Assembly (NCBI GenBank): GCA_016748015.1
Contig: JAAOMT010000502.1
Span: 813,894-877,893, forward strand
DNA length: 64,000 nucleotides
Origin: Geosiphon pyriformis uo1
Taxonomy: Eukaryota; Fungi; Glomeromycota
Direction: 5' to 3'
The notes under the pieces were generated by a model. That model worked only from the letters and a program-made list of their open reading frames with translations, searched no databases and was not told the DNA's origin. Of the stretch, positions 49,495 to 60,968 are shown piece by piece. The position numbers and the translations under genes were made by a program. Positions within the stretch are counted from its first letter, which is position 1, and each line of letters begins with the position of its first letter.

Positions 49495-50419
49495 TATAGA
49501 TAGCATTTATACAGTATGAACAATTATCCCTACCATACGCCAAAAGAAAATTACATGCAAGATCAGGTCAGAATACCTTTACAATAATAGCTCATAAAGA
49601 CACAGAAGCTCAATGAAATTCCAGATATTTGCTACATAGTAGTCGCTCCACCAGTCCTCCAGCTTTCCGACGTCAGCTCCTTCATTCCATTAACCTCATA
49701 ACACAACTCCCACATAATGTCCCAAAGTTTGATCAAACCATCCTAAGCGTGTACATAGTCAGCAAATTGAGCCATAAAGATGAAACAAACATACCACGTA
49801 GCATGACACCAGTTCGAGAACGCCTCGACTACCTTACAATGAAGAGCGATGTCTCTAACAGTGTGAACCGATTTTCTGCAAAGAGGAATAACACGAACAT
49901 TAATATCCCATTAACGTGCATTATTGTAAGAAATCAATCCTCATACCGATAACCTGTATGCTGTATGGTTTGCTGCTTAGTTTGACAGATCAAACAGATC
50001 ATAAACGGATCACCAAGCAGGATCTCCGCGTAGTATGGTTGTTAATGTAATTAGGTCCAAACAGGTCATCAGATATTTATCCAGCGTCTGCGTAAAAAAG
50101 ACTAGATGCTCGCCTTAACTTTTTCCCAGAAGTTGTAGTGCCTTGTCCGCCATATTAGCAGTGGACGCCTTAACAATGTCTTGCAAGTTCTTGATGAGCC
50201 TGTCCAATGCTTTCGTATAATCGAGCTTCTCGAGTTTACTCTTGTTCTGTTCTACAAGGTCCCATTTCTTGTAATCATTCATTTCAAATACGTATGATGC
50301 TTACTGGTCGTCCGATCCTATGACAGTCTGCAAAGATTGTCAGAGCAAAAGCTATTAAAGAATTTTCATTATCATTGTATGAAAAAAAACAAGCACTTCG
50401 TTTACGTGTCAAAGATGCG

Positions 50420-50427
50420 TGACGTCA
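50420..50427. promoter_or_regulatory. Palindromic CRE/ATF-type site TGACGTCA ~140 bp upstream of RRN3
   Basis: Exact motif match only. Confidence 0.3.
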
Positions 50428-50563
50428 TAAGCCCAATATATTGTAAATAATATAATTTTTTACATAAATATAGGAATGACCGATTATCATTACCATATCA
50501 ATTTAACCCGCAGTATTAGACCAGCAAAATTTTTTGAAACTGTTACCGTCTTAATTTCTGAAT

Positions 50564-52984
50564 ATGCCTTCGACGTCAAAATTGCGAACCAATCTTCCTT
50601 CAGAAATAACTCTTTATTCAGAAAATCATAGGTCGCTATTGCTTGATACTTCTAGTGATGACGGCAGCCAAGAAAGCGAAGAGTCTGAGGCATTTCTGCA
50701 GGAGTGCCGGATTGTGAGAATATATATATTTAATGCTCTGAAAAAAAAAAAACAGGTAAGGTGCAGTTTATTCTCTATAGCTTTAAACCCTTCAAGTAGT
50801 CTTTGGTATTATCAATTACAATTCTTAACCTTTCAAGTCTAGAAACGCCACATAATTTTCTCGCTTTAATCGAGTGAATTAAATTTTCCCATTTTCAAAA
50901 GTTCAACCCAATATCGATTTACAATTTACCATCAAAAAAAGATTAAAAATTCCAAATTTTTTAAAAGACCCCACCAATTTGATCTTTCTTTTTCTAAAGG
51001 GTGATTCGGTGGACTATGAGCACATAATTCACCAATTGAAAGCTCCTCCTAACAGTTCAGATGCCCTTCCCCCTCAAAGATTACTTTTTTGGATCATGGG
51101 CTTCTCCCAGAATACATCTTTGATGAATATTTCTTTTCGTCCCCTCGTAAAAGCAATAATTGATATGGACTGGATTACTCACGATGAGAATATACTCCGG
51201 AAATTTCTTGGATTTCTTCGGAGTCTCATTTGTGCGCATTCATGCTATGCTATGGAAGCTCTTAAAATGACGATCAGAAAATTCACCCGTGGTAAATGTT
51301 TATTTATTTGACTATCCTAATAATTGCTAAAATATAACTTAAGTCTTTTTCTGTATATATTGTTCAAAACTAACCTCAGATAATACTGCCTTCGTTAACA
51401 CAGAGCCAGATTTTGGTACGGCTCATGACAAAGATATATTTAGTACCAATCTTCATCGCATAGTTAAGGTTTTAATAAATGCTACTGAATCATGGGGGTC
51501 CTCGGTTTTTCCTATCGTTGAACGTGAATTTCCACATATGCAAGACTCACGATTAGCTCTAGTTAATTACATTAAGAATTTGTTGCTCATGATTGGTTAT
51601 GCCACGGATCTTCGATCTAAAGTACTCCAATTAATTATTGAAAGAATCCTTCTCATTGACGTAAGTTTTTACACTTCTCAATTTACCTGAGTGAAATTAT
51701 TGCTCAAATATTCAACATATTTCAACTTGAAATCATACTCAGACTGAAATTCAGGGAAGTATCGAGGAGGCTGAGGAGGCTGAAGATGAGATTGAAGCCT
51801 TTGATTTAAGGTTGTATTTCAATAATTGCAAGCCAGAAGCAGGAGTAATAACAAATAAAGTTCCAAAAGGCATCAGTTCAGACATTGAAATGTCTGATGA
51901 TAAGAGTGACATGGATATGAACGAGGTTTCCAGCGACTTTGAATTGGAATCAGAAGAGTCCGATCTCGATGATAACACAGGTGGTGTCGTTAAAATTGAT
52001 GCAAGAGATATGATGGAAAAGCTAGATTGCTGCATGAAATTATTATTTGATTACTTGTATTATGGTGACAAAATACCTATGTCTAAAGCAACAGATACAA
52101 ATGATGCATTCCAAGATCTAATGAGAATATTTTCGACGACAATCCTGCCCACTTTCAAATCTCGATACACTCAATTCTTATTGTTTTGGCATATATCCTT
52201 AAATGAATCGTTTCTTGAAACTTTCATAGCAACTCTATTCAGCAATCTTTTGAATGAAGATTGTCCTCAAGGCGAGAAAATCTCCTCTGCCTTGTATATA
52301 GGTTCCCTCGTAGCTCGAGCAAAATTTATTGAGGAAAGAACTGTGAGATCTTGTGTGAAAATGCTTGTAACAATTGGACGACAAGAAATAGTCCTCGTTC
52401 AACACGATGTATACGGCTCAGACCCTGATAAATATGGTGTATTCTATTCAATAGCTCAGGCTCTCATGTACATTTTCTGTTTCCGTTGGAAGGATCTAGT
52501 TGCCAAAGAAAATAAGGAATTCAATCAAGACCAGAATGGAGGATTTAAAAATATTGTGCAAGACCACATTGGGCATTTGAAATGGTGCTCTGAAATAGAA
52601 GGATTTGAGGATTTAATCACCTCCCCCCTTGAACCCTTAAAGGTATCAGAATAATCAGCCAATTTTTGCGTTGTTTCTTATTCATCGTGTGGGGAATCTT
52701 ATAAAATTTCTATAACACAGGTTTGCGCACCAGATATCGTGAAACAATTCGTAAGATTATCAGGAATTCTTCGTTTCTCATATTGCTACTCCTTATTATC
52801 AAAAGGAAAAAGATGCATAATGCCCAATCGTGTAGCAGGCGATGAACAGGGAGAAGCGCCCATGCGGCTTGATCAATTCACTTTTTTTCCTTTTGATCCA
52901 TTCCGGTTAAAAACTTCTCAATGCTACTTAAATGGTTTATATAGAGAGTGGGAGGAAGTAAATCTTGCCGATGAAAATGAATGA
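50564..52984 (+). CDS. RRN3: RNA polymerase I-specific transcription initiation factor RRN3 (TIF-IA); exons 50564-50755, 51000-51291, 51380-51660, 51743-52642, 52721-52984; ~642 aa
   Basis: Four GT-AG introns give one open frame. RRN3-typical motifs: 'EFPH...YIKNLL', 'ID-TEIQ', acidic loop, 'EKLD', 'ILPTFKSRYTQFLLFW', 'YIGSLVARAKFI', 'FYSIAQALMYIFCFRW', 'PLKVC', 'FFPFDPF...YREW'. An alternative in-frame exon 3 acceptor exists at 51403/51404. Confidence 0.92.
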
Positions 52985-53824
52985 AAAATCGATTGGCACA
53001 AAAAGATGTAAAAAAACAGGGATTTTAGGAGAGCTGGTATGCAAAAACATAGTATCAATCACGTCTAGATAGCCCTTTTAGAAGCATTAAAATTTAGATC
53101 AAAAACTATTTATAAATCTTATAAATTGGGGCCAAAAATAAAAATATTTAGCTCAACATTCCACATTATATTTTGTAATTTTAGATTTTTTTACTTTATA
53201 GCTATTTTTTTAAAATTTTTGCAGCTTTTCAAATAACCAACATATTAATTTTTAATAAAAAATATTAATTGTAGCTGATAAAAATTTTAATAAATTGCAA
53301 CAGTATAATGTTTATTGATTTATAATTATAAAAACAATTAATTGAATTATAAACTTAAAAAATTAAAATTTATATTTTTATATTTTTATAATAAAATACA
53401 AATTTTAAAAACAGTTGTATTTTACAAAATTAATTTTTTTTTAAATTTTACTTTGCAATTTCAATTTAAAAATAAATATAAAATTTATTACAATTTTAAA
53501 ATATTTACAAATAAACTAATATAATTATTTGTGCATATATAATAATATTTAATTATAAAAACAAATATAAGTAATAAAATATTTTAGTAATTAATTATTA
53601 AAATTATATTATTAAGCTTTTATAATTTAAATATTATATAAAATTTATTAAAAAATATAAAACAAATTATATATATATTTTAATATTTTATTTTTAAATA
53701 TGGTTTAAAATTATATTAAAATACCAATTTTATTATTTAAAATAATTATTTTATATGGTTTTTTATTAATAATAATATATATATTTATTATATATTAATA
53801 TTAAATTACTTAAAAAATACAATT

Positions 53825-54721
53825 CCAAATTTTCGAAACAAATGTTGGATCAAGCATCAGCATATTGCTGGCATCATATGTGAAAAAAATTTGGATATTG
53901 ACTGACATAAGATTAAAGGACACTTAAGTGTTTCAGATAATAATCAAACTGATTTGCTTGCTGGCATTTCTTCTTATTCTGGTTAGATCCTCCCTTTTTG
54001 GCTCAAAAAATGTTTTGTTTTGGCCAATGACAGTATTGTTTCTGGGAACTCTAAACACTTTGTTTGTGATATTTTTGGTCTATTTATTGTACATACTAGA
54101 AATTGGGTTCTGGTGCCAAAATTGTGAACAGTTATCTGCTTATGGATATTGATTGGTTTAAGTTATCTCTTGTTTGGCATCCTAACTCTTACATGACTGC
54201 TGGCTTTACAAGTCACCACTCTGCTGGCTTCTATTTCTATTTTATAAAAACTTTACATTATAGGCTGTCTGTTGCTGTTTGTAAATGCCTTTATAATAAA
54301 TGTTACTCCAGTGTAGTGTGTCTGTATTGTGGTGATGTCAAGGTATCAAACCATGTCTTCTCTTGTGTGTTTGATGCAGCTACTTGATTTCAGTTGTTTG
54401 TTGATTTTGTTTCTGCTTAAAAGCTATGTCTGGTCTATTTTATGCCTCCTTTCATGTGTCACAAATGTTATCCAGTTGTTTGGTTGATTTGAGGCTGGTT
54501 GCTTTACTGTGCAAAGGTTTTGTGCTTGTGGATTGGTACCAGAAAGCTGCTTCTTGCTTTGATGACACTAAGATTGCATCTGGTAAGATAATTGAGTTTG
54601 TTTGTGGTTTGTGCCTGTCTTTTAGAAATGATATTTGGCTGGTTTGCTCCAAGCATTGTGCTTTTATGGAGAGACATGGCCTAATCTTTCACAATAGTTT
54701 GATCCTTGTTTCAGTGTTCAG
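53825..54721 (+). mobile_element. LINE ORF2 3' fragment E2 (RNase H C-terminus plus C-terminal Cys/His finger), host of B2
   Basis: 'KIKGHLSVSDNNQTDLLA' resembles the RNase H motif KVKGHSG..GN..AD; 'CLYCGDVKVSNHVFSC' zinc finger; stops present. Confidence 0.75.
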
Positions 54722-55498
54722 TGTTATTCATAAAAAGAAAACAGATATAGAAAATAGCAGACCAATAAGAAAATAATATTTAGCATGTGAGCACATTGCT
54801 CAGCAATGTGGAGCAATATCAGAAATCATGGCACATTGTTCAAAAAATCATAGCACATTGCTCAAGAATGTGAGTGATCTTATAAAACATCAATTATGTA
54901 TATATAGCAGTAGCATTAAAAGTAAAAAGAGCAGAATCTTTTAGTTAGAAATCTTCTATCCAAAAATATCAAATAAATAAATCATTCACTATCCAAATCC
55001 ACTCTTCACTATCAACACTTTATGTCGATAGTAATTGATACTTAACCATACTGGAACAATAGTTCTTGATCATGGCTATTGACAAATACTAACTTGTATA
55101 TTGCCTTGGCTTATTTCTTTATTTTTTTTTTATTTCTTTTCTTGATTTTATTGTTGTATATTAACTGATTAAGGATTAAAGCGCTGAGTAATTGACGTTA
55201 TGGATAGCCTGGTAAAAAACCCAGAAATAAAGATAAAATTATATATATATTAACAAATAGCTTACCAGAAGGGCACGAATGCCAGAATAAACTGGCCACC
55301 AAGCTAAAGACAGAAATTGGGAATACAACTCACCAACCAACTACATTGTCATTGAATCTCTGTTCATTATACCAAAGACTCAATGCTAAAACCTTCAGAT
55401 ACAACCAATATACTGATAACACCAGCATTGTTAAGATATTGAACACCAAGTTATGGATTTGTTATTTGATTTGAGACCCCAAATAATCATCTGTAACA
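54722..55498 (+). repeat. Family B 5' LTR of B2 (777 bp)
   Basis: TGTTATTCAT...CTGTAACA; homologous to 3349-4223. Confidence 0.88.
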
Positions 55499-55500
55499 TT

Positions 55501-55517
55501 TGGTGCTCCCTATGAGG
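55501..55517 (+). promoter_or_regulatory. Primer-binding site of B2 (TGGTGCTCCCTATGAGG)
   Basis: 2 nt after the LTR end; same motif as the family A PBS. Confidence 0.82.
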
Positions 55518-58231
55518 TATAATCCTACAGAGAACCAGCACCAATAACATTCATCCAAACAGTGGCAGAATCCAAAAAAACAGGGACAAACCATTTAGAA
55601 TTCGCAAAATCTTTATTCCAACACTACTGTTAACATTTAGGATTAACCAACAACTACTTATCAGCAGAATCAGCTTTCAATTTTTATGTTCACAAGAGAA
55701 TCTCATATTTACTAGAAGTACTAGTAGAAACTGATTTAGCCAGAGGAAACTTCTACAATGAATTAATTCAGAATACCAGCCTACCAACAAATTACAATTT
55801 CACAGCAATTCTCACTGAAATCAATAAAGAAATTGAAATTCACACTCAACAAAAATATCCAATTACCTATGCAAACAAAGGCAAAAAAAAATTATAAACA
55901 CCAGCAGTAACATTTCAAAAGATACAACCATCCACTTTAAAGAAAACAAGAGTTGAATTACCAACTAATCCATCATACTATTATATACCCAGAAGTGCCA
56001 TCAATATTACAGGTGCATTTACATCAAACATGACATCAATCTTTGGACAATTTTTATTTTAGAGTAAACAAAGGAAAGAAGATCTTCTAAGACCATATGG
56101 TGTGTATTTTGAAGGATTTAAGTCTCGATCACTTATGCCATTAAGACTCCAATCTTTACTACCCCAACCAGATTTCAGAACTGCGAGTTTCTGGGAAGTA
56201 ATAGAATCAGAAAAAAACCAAGAAAAAGAGGAAAAAGACTCTAAAGATCAAGAATTTACTTACCAGAACTCGATCACTAAAAATTTGGAAATTGAAACCC
56301 TGAACTTTCAGACTCAGCAAAATCTAAATTTAAAAAATCTGGAAATTGAAACTCTGAATTTTCAAATGCAGCACAATCAGAACAATCAAAACTCTAATCT
56401 AACTAATCAACCAGACCTACCTCCTATTATTGTCATTAACTGACCACCAGTTGAACCGATTGGCCAGCCACTACAACAACCACACCAGCAGATTCAATAG
56501 CCACTAGTACCATTTCAACAACCACTACAATCCAACTTAGATCCAATAGCATATGCACCAATAGCCAAACTTGAAAAATTCACTGGCAAAGAGAACAATG
56601 CCCAAGTATGGCTAAATAATATGGAGAAAGCCATTGCAGCTAATGGATGGAATGACACTAGAGCCATGTAAGCCATTCCATATTTTTTCTAGGATACTGC
56701 CGATTTATGGTACCAAAGCCTGATCAACAAACTCCAAGATTTTAATGTATTTAAAATTGAGTTTTTAAGATACTTCAGCAACAATAACAGCATTAGCAGG
56801 CTAGCAAACACCTTTACTACCATCAAACAAGGAGAAAATGAAGCAGTTACTACTTACTTAGAATGCTTCCACAGAAATCTGCACCAGATCCAAGCCATCG
56901 ACGCCAATTATTTCACAGTAGCCCAAATCCTAAATCAGTTTATTCATGGATTATGCAGCAGCATCCTGCAATGTGTACATGCAATGCATCCTGTCAATTT
57001 GCAAGCAGCTGTCACAAATGCCAGAGATTTTGAAGCCACTAAATTAGAAGCCAATCATGCCCAAGCAGTTAATCTAATAATGAATGGATCATCTGAATTG
57101 GATTCCAAATTGAAACAATTTAATGAGTCTATCAATCAGAAATTAGAAAGATACTTAGTTGACAATCACACAATTTATCAACCACCACAATGACACAATA
57201 ATTCCAGAAATGCAAATTGCTTCCAGAATCAATTGCACTTATCATCATTGACCAATCAACAGTGGCAACAGGAAACATGTGTTTGCTACTATTGTGGTAG
57301 ACAAGGACATCTACAAATTGATTGCCACTATTGCTTAAATAACCAATGATCGGGAAATCAATATCGAAACTCTGATTGCCAGTTTCAAATTCTGAATAAC
57401 CCACCAAACTCAGAACCATATCATCAGAATTACTTACCTATGATGCAGCAGCCACCTTATCAATTACCAGTATATCAAATGCCAATTTATCAACTGATGA
57501 CACCAGCAATTTATCAGCTGCAGCCACAACCCATTTATCAGCCACAGTTTTAAATAATATATCAGCCTCAACAAATTCAAACACCACCACAAAACTTACC
57601 TCAAAATGGAACCCAAAGGCCAAGATTGACCCAACAAAGCTGGAGATCATTGATGGTAGTCCACCAACTGATCCCTAGTTCTTCCACACAACCAGCAGAA
57701 TCTCGACAACAGAATTTGGGCACTGGGTATGCCCAAAACCCAAATTCTCAGAACTATTTAAGTCTACTGGTTACCCCAAAAGATGCTCAACCCAATAATC
57801 TGGAACCCAACCAACACCCAACACTTACTAGCAACATTCCCCCAACTACTATCACTGAGAACAAATCACTGGATGTCATCTTCTCATTTAAACTTGAAGA
57901 ACTGTCGACCATGCCATTATTTAGTGGAGCTATTCTAGAAAAAAAACCCATTACTGCCATGTACACTGATGCCAAAGTTAATGACCACTCCATTAAATTG
58001 ATTCTAAACAGTGGATTAGCTGGCAGCATAATTACAAAACAATTTATAGACCAATTAGGTCACCAAGTTGATCATGCTGCCAGTGCTAAAATTATAACCG
58101 CCAATAGAGCAACCAAAACTTCTATTGGTGAAATTGATCACTTCTCTTTTGAAGTCAATGGCATCATCATTCCCATCAAAGTCTTAGTGATGGAAGCAAC
58201 CCAATATCAGACATTAATAGGAAATAACTGG

Positions 58232-59241
58232 TGTTACCAGTAGAATTTTAGCTATTAATTAGCATGAAATTACTCTTATAATTCCTATAATTAATTAGTA
58301 TATTAATATTATTTCAAATTATCATTTATTATTTAATCAATTATCACATATCACGATTCAATTAAATAATCCAATTAGTATAACAAAAAGTAGGATGATC
58401 AAATTACACAATACCTTGAACTTTGTAACATTCAAAAATTTGCCAAAATTTACAGAAATTTGCTGAAATTTATATAAAATTTGCTGAAATTTATAGAAAT
58501 TCGCCAAAATTATGAATAGTTTATCCAAATTAATCAATAGTTCAGCAAAATAACTTGTAGTTTATCAAAATGTATCTTTAGTTCACCGAAATTTGAACAA
58601 AGAGAAAAAGTGCAAGTTCATAGACTAGTATTACAACAAGTTGTATAAAAGAAGAGCTTTTCTCTTCAAGAAAATATATCTTACTTTAGATTTATCTCTT
58701 AGAACCATTTCTATACACACAAAAAGAAATAAATATCAAATAATTTGAAAAACGAAATTCTTTAATTATTGCACTTGGAAAATCTCCAAAAACCCAACTA
58801 ACATTTTGAAATTGATTAGCTACCAATTTCAGTAAACTGTTATTAACTCCAGGTCTGGATAGAAAACGTTTCCCTTGACAGAATTTTATTTCTTTTATAT
58901 TTCTTTTATTTTCTTGTATTTTCTTATTACAATCATTAGAGTAGTCTACAGATGAGATTCCTGTAAAAGAGTTGACTTTTACAGCAAAGTAACTACACAT
59001 TTTTAGTAAGCTTCCAGACAAGCAATTCCTGGGAAAAAGTTGACGTTTACTACAATGTAACTACATAAAGTAATTGGCAAGGAATTGGCCATTCCACTTA
59101 TAAGCCCAGCAGTTCAAATTATAGAAAATAATTTGAAAATAAATTCAGTACTGGAAGTTCAACTACTTCTAGAAAACGTGAATTTGCAACCAACAAACAG
59201 TTACAACATTCAAGAAAAGAAACCAAAAATCTCTGGTAACA
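58232..59241. mobile_element. Family C solo LTR C2 (1010 bp), 4-bp TSD CTGG
   Basis: Perfect 9-bp terminal IR TGTTACCAG...CTGGTAACA; CTGG at 58228-58231 and 59242-59245; interrupts the B2 protease C-terminus. Confidence 0.92.
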
Positions 59242-60542
59242 CTGGTTATCTAAAACCAATGCCATACTGGACTGGACAATGCAGGAGCTCCAACTAAGCC
59301 AAAATAGTCAACACATGTGTACCCACCACATGTGGCCATTTCAAAACCACCAACTTGACAACACTACTTATCAAATTTGAGAAAGAGGAGAAGAAACCTA
59401 TTTGGGAAGCCTATTAAATGTCATGGGCTGAAGTAGACCACAATGAGCTGCTGTCAATACTATTGTGGAACAAGCCAGGAAAAGAAAAACAAAGAGAAGA
59501 ACTCATTTAGGAAACTGACGATCTGACATGAACCAACAATGATGACAACAAATTGACATCAAATTGGGAGTGGGAAGAAGATAAAGGAAGAGACAAAGGG
59601 AAAGGGAAAAAAAAAGACACCATCCAAGCCAACAACATGTATATTCCAGCCACTTATGCTCCATCACAACAGTCTATCTATCACTGACCCAAACTAATAT
59701 GTGTCAATTGTGGCAAGAAATTGTCGTCAATGGGTGCTTGTTGTAATGACAAGGAGGAATACACTTTGGCAACAAAATTTTACTGCCATCCATGCATCAT
59801 TGAATGCTTTGGAAGACCAAAATGGATTGGAAAATGGGACAATAAACCATGCTTGGCTTGTGGAGAAACTCTTCTGGATGAAAGAATATGAAATGACATT
59901 CCTGGGTGAGGAGGAACATGTGATGAGTCATGTCAATACATGATTCTCATAAGTGACTGGATGAGAAAAAAAACACCCATAAACACTGCCTGGAGATGAA
60001 CCGTCAAATGTCTGGACGGGTGTCTACACAATGATGATGAAATCTGGCAAATGGCACTTGCCAAAATCGAAAAAGCAACCCCAGAAGTAATAAAAACAAT
60101 TAAAAATAATTCACCTGAACCTATAGAACTTAACTGGAATCCAGAACCAGTCATAAATCTTCTAGATCCAGAACAATTCCATGAATATTACCAAGAGCTA
60201 GCACCTACTAGAGAAGAACAAGAGCAGCATTTGGAGCAGTTGAATACTTGGTTATGTCAACATTGCTTAATTCCCTGTAATTTTTAATATTGTAATGAGT
60301 ATGACCTCATTTACAATTCACTATCACACATGATCTACACAATTCCAGAAGAAAAACCAATTAGCAACTGCACATTGGAATTGGAATCAGTTTTCAATCC
60401 CAATTCAAACTCTGACAACGATGACAACAAAAACACTAATTCTAGCTCCACACAATATGGCAACAAAAATATCAATGATTTGGACTCTGATTTAAATCCT
60501 GAAATATATATTGCACTTCCTGATCTCTCTAAGGAGCAGGAA

Positions 60543-60968
60543 CTCAAATGGTATAGTGATAATAATAAAAGTATCATATCAGAACACATGCATAATATCA
60601 ACGCAAGGTTTAATCTGAAATATCTAGGAAAAGAAGCCATCAAATTGGAACCAAATTCATACACATGTATTGATCTCAAAATAGCTCTGGAAATCCCAGC
60701 AACAACTATGATCCAATTAGCATCTAGGAGTAGTTTAGCAAAAAAAGGAATCAATATCAGAGAAGGAATAATTGATGCAGGATATGTAGGAAATATTATC
60801 GCCATGCTACAAAATGACTCAGAAAAGGCCTATATTATAGAGCCAAATAAAAAGATAGCACAGGCAATATTCTTACTTCTGGTAAAAATAGCTCAGTTAG
60901 TTTCAGTAAGAAAAAGGGAAGAACTAGGTATAACAGCAAGAGGGATACAGGGATTTGGATCAATGGGT
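60543..60968 (+). pseudogene. dut: dUTPase domain within B2 pol
   Basis: Trimeric dUTPase motifs in order: NARFNL (decayed DAGFDL), SRSSLAKKG, GIIDAGYVGNI, KIAQAI, RGIQGFGSMG. Confidence 0.92.

Noticed and set aside
49629-49952. 107-aa + strand ORF
   Set aside because: TTG start, no recognisable motif; splice-like signals favour the opposite strand
50526-50534. RRPE-like AAAATTTTT upstream of RRN3
   Set aside because: Plausible for a ribosome-biogenesis gene but expected by chance at this AT content
53342-53524. 60-aa F/K/I/N/Y-rich ORF
   Set aside because: Compositional artefact of very AT-rich DNA
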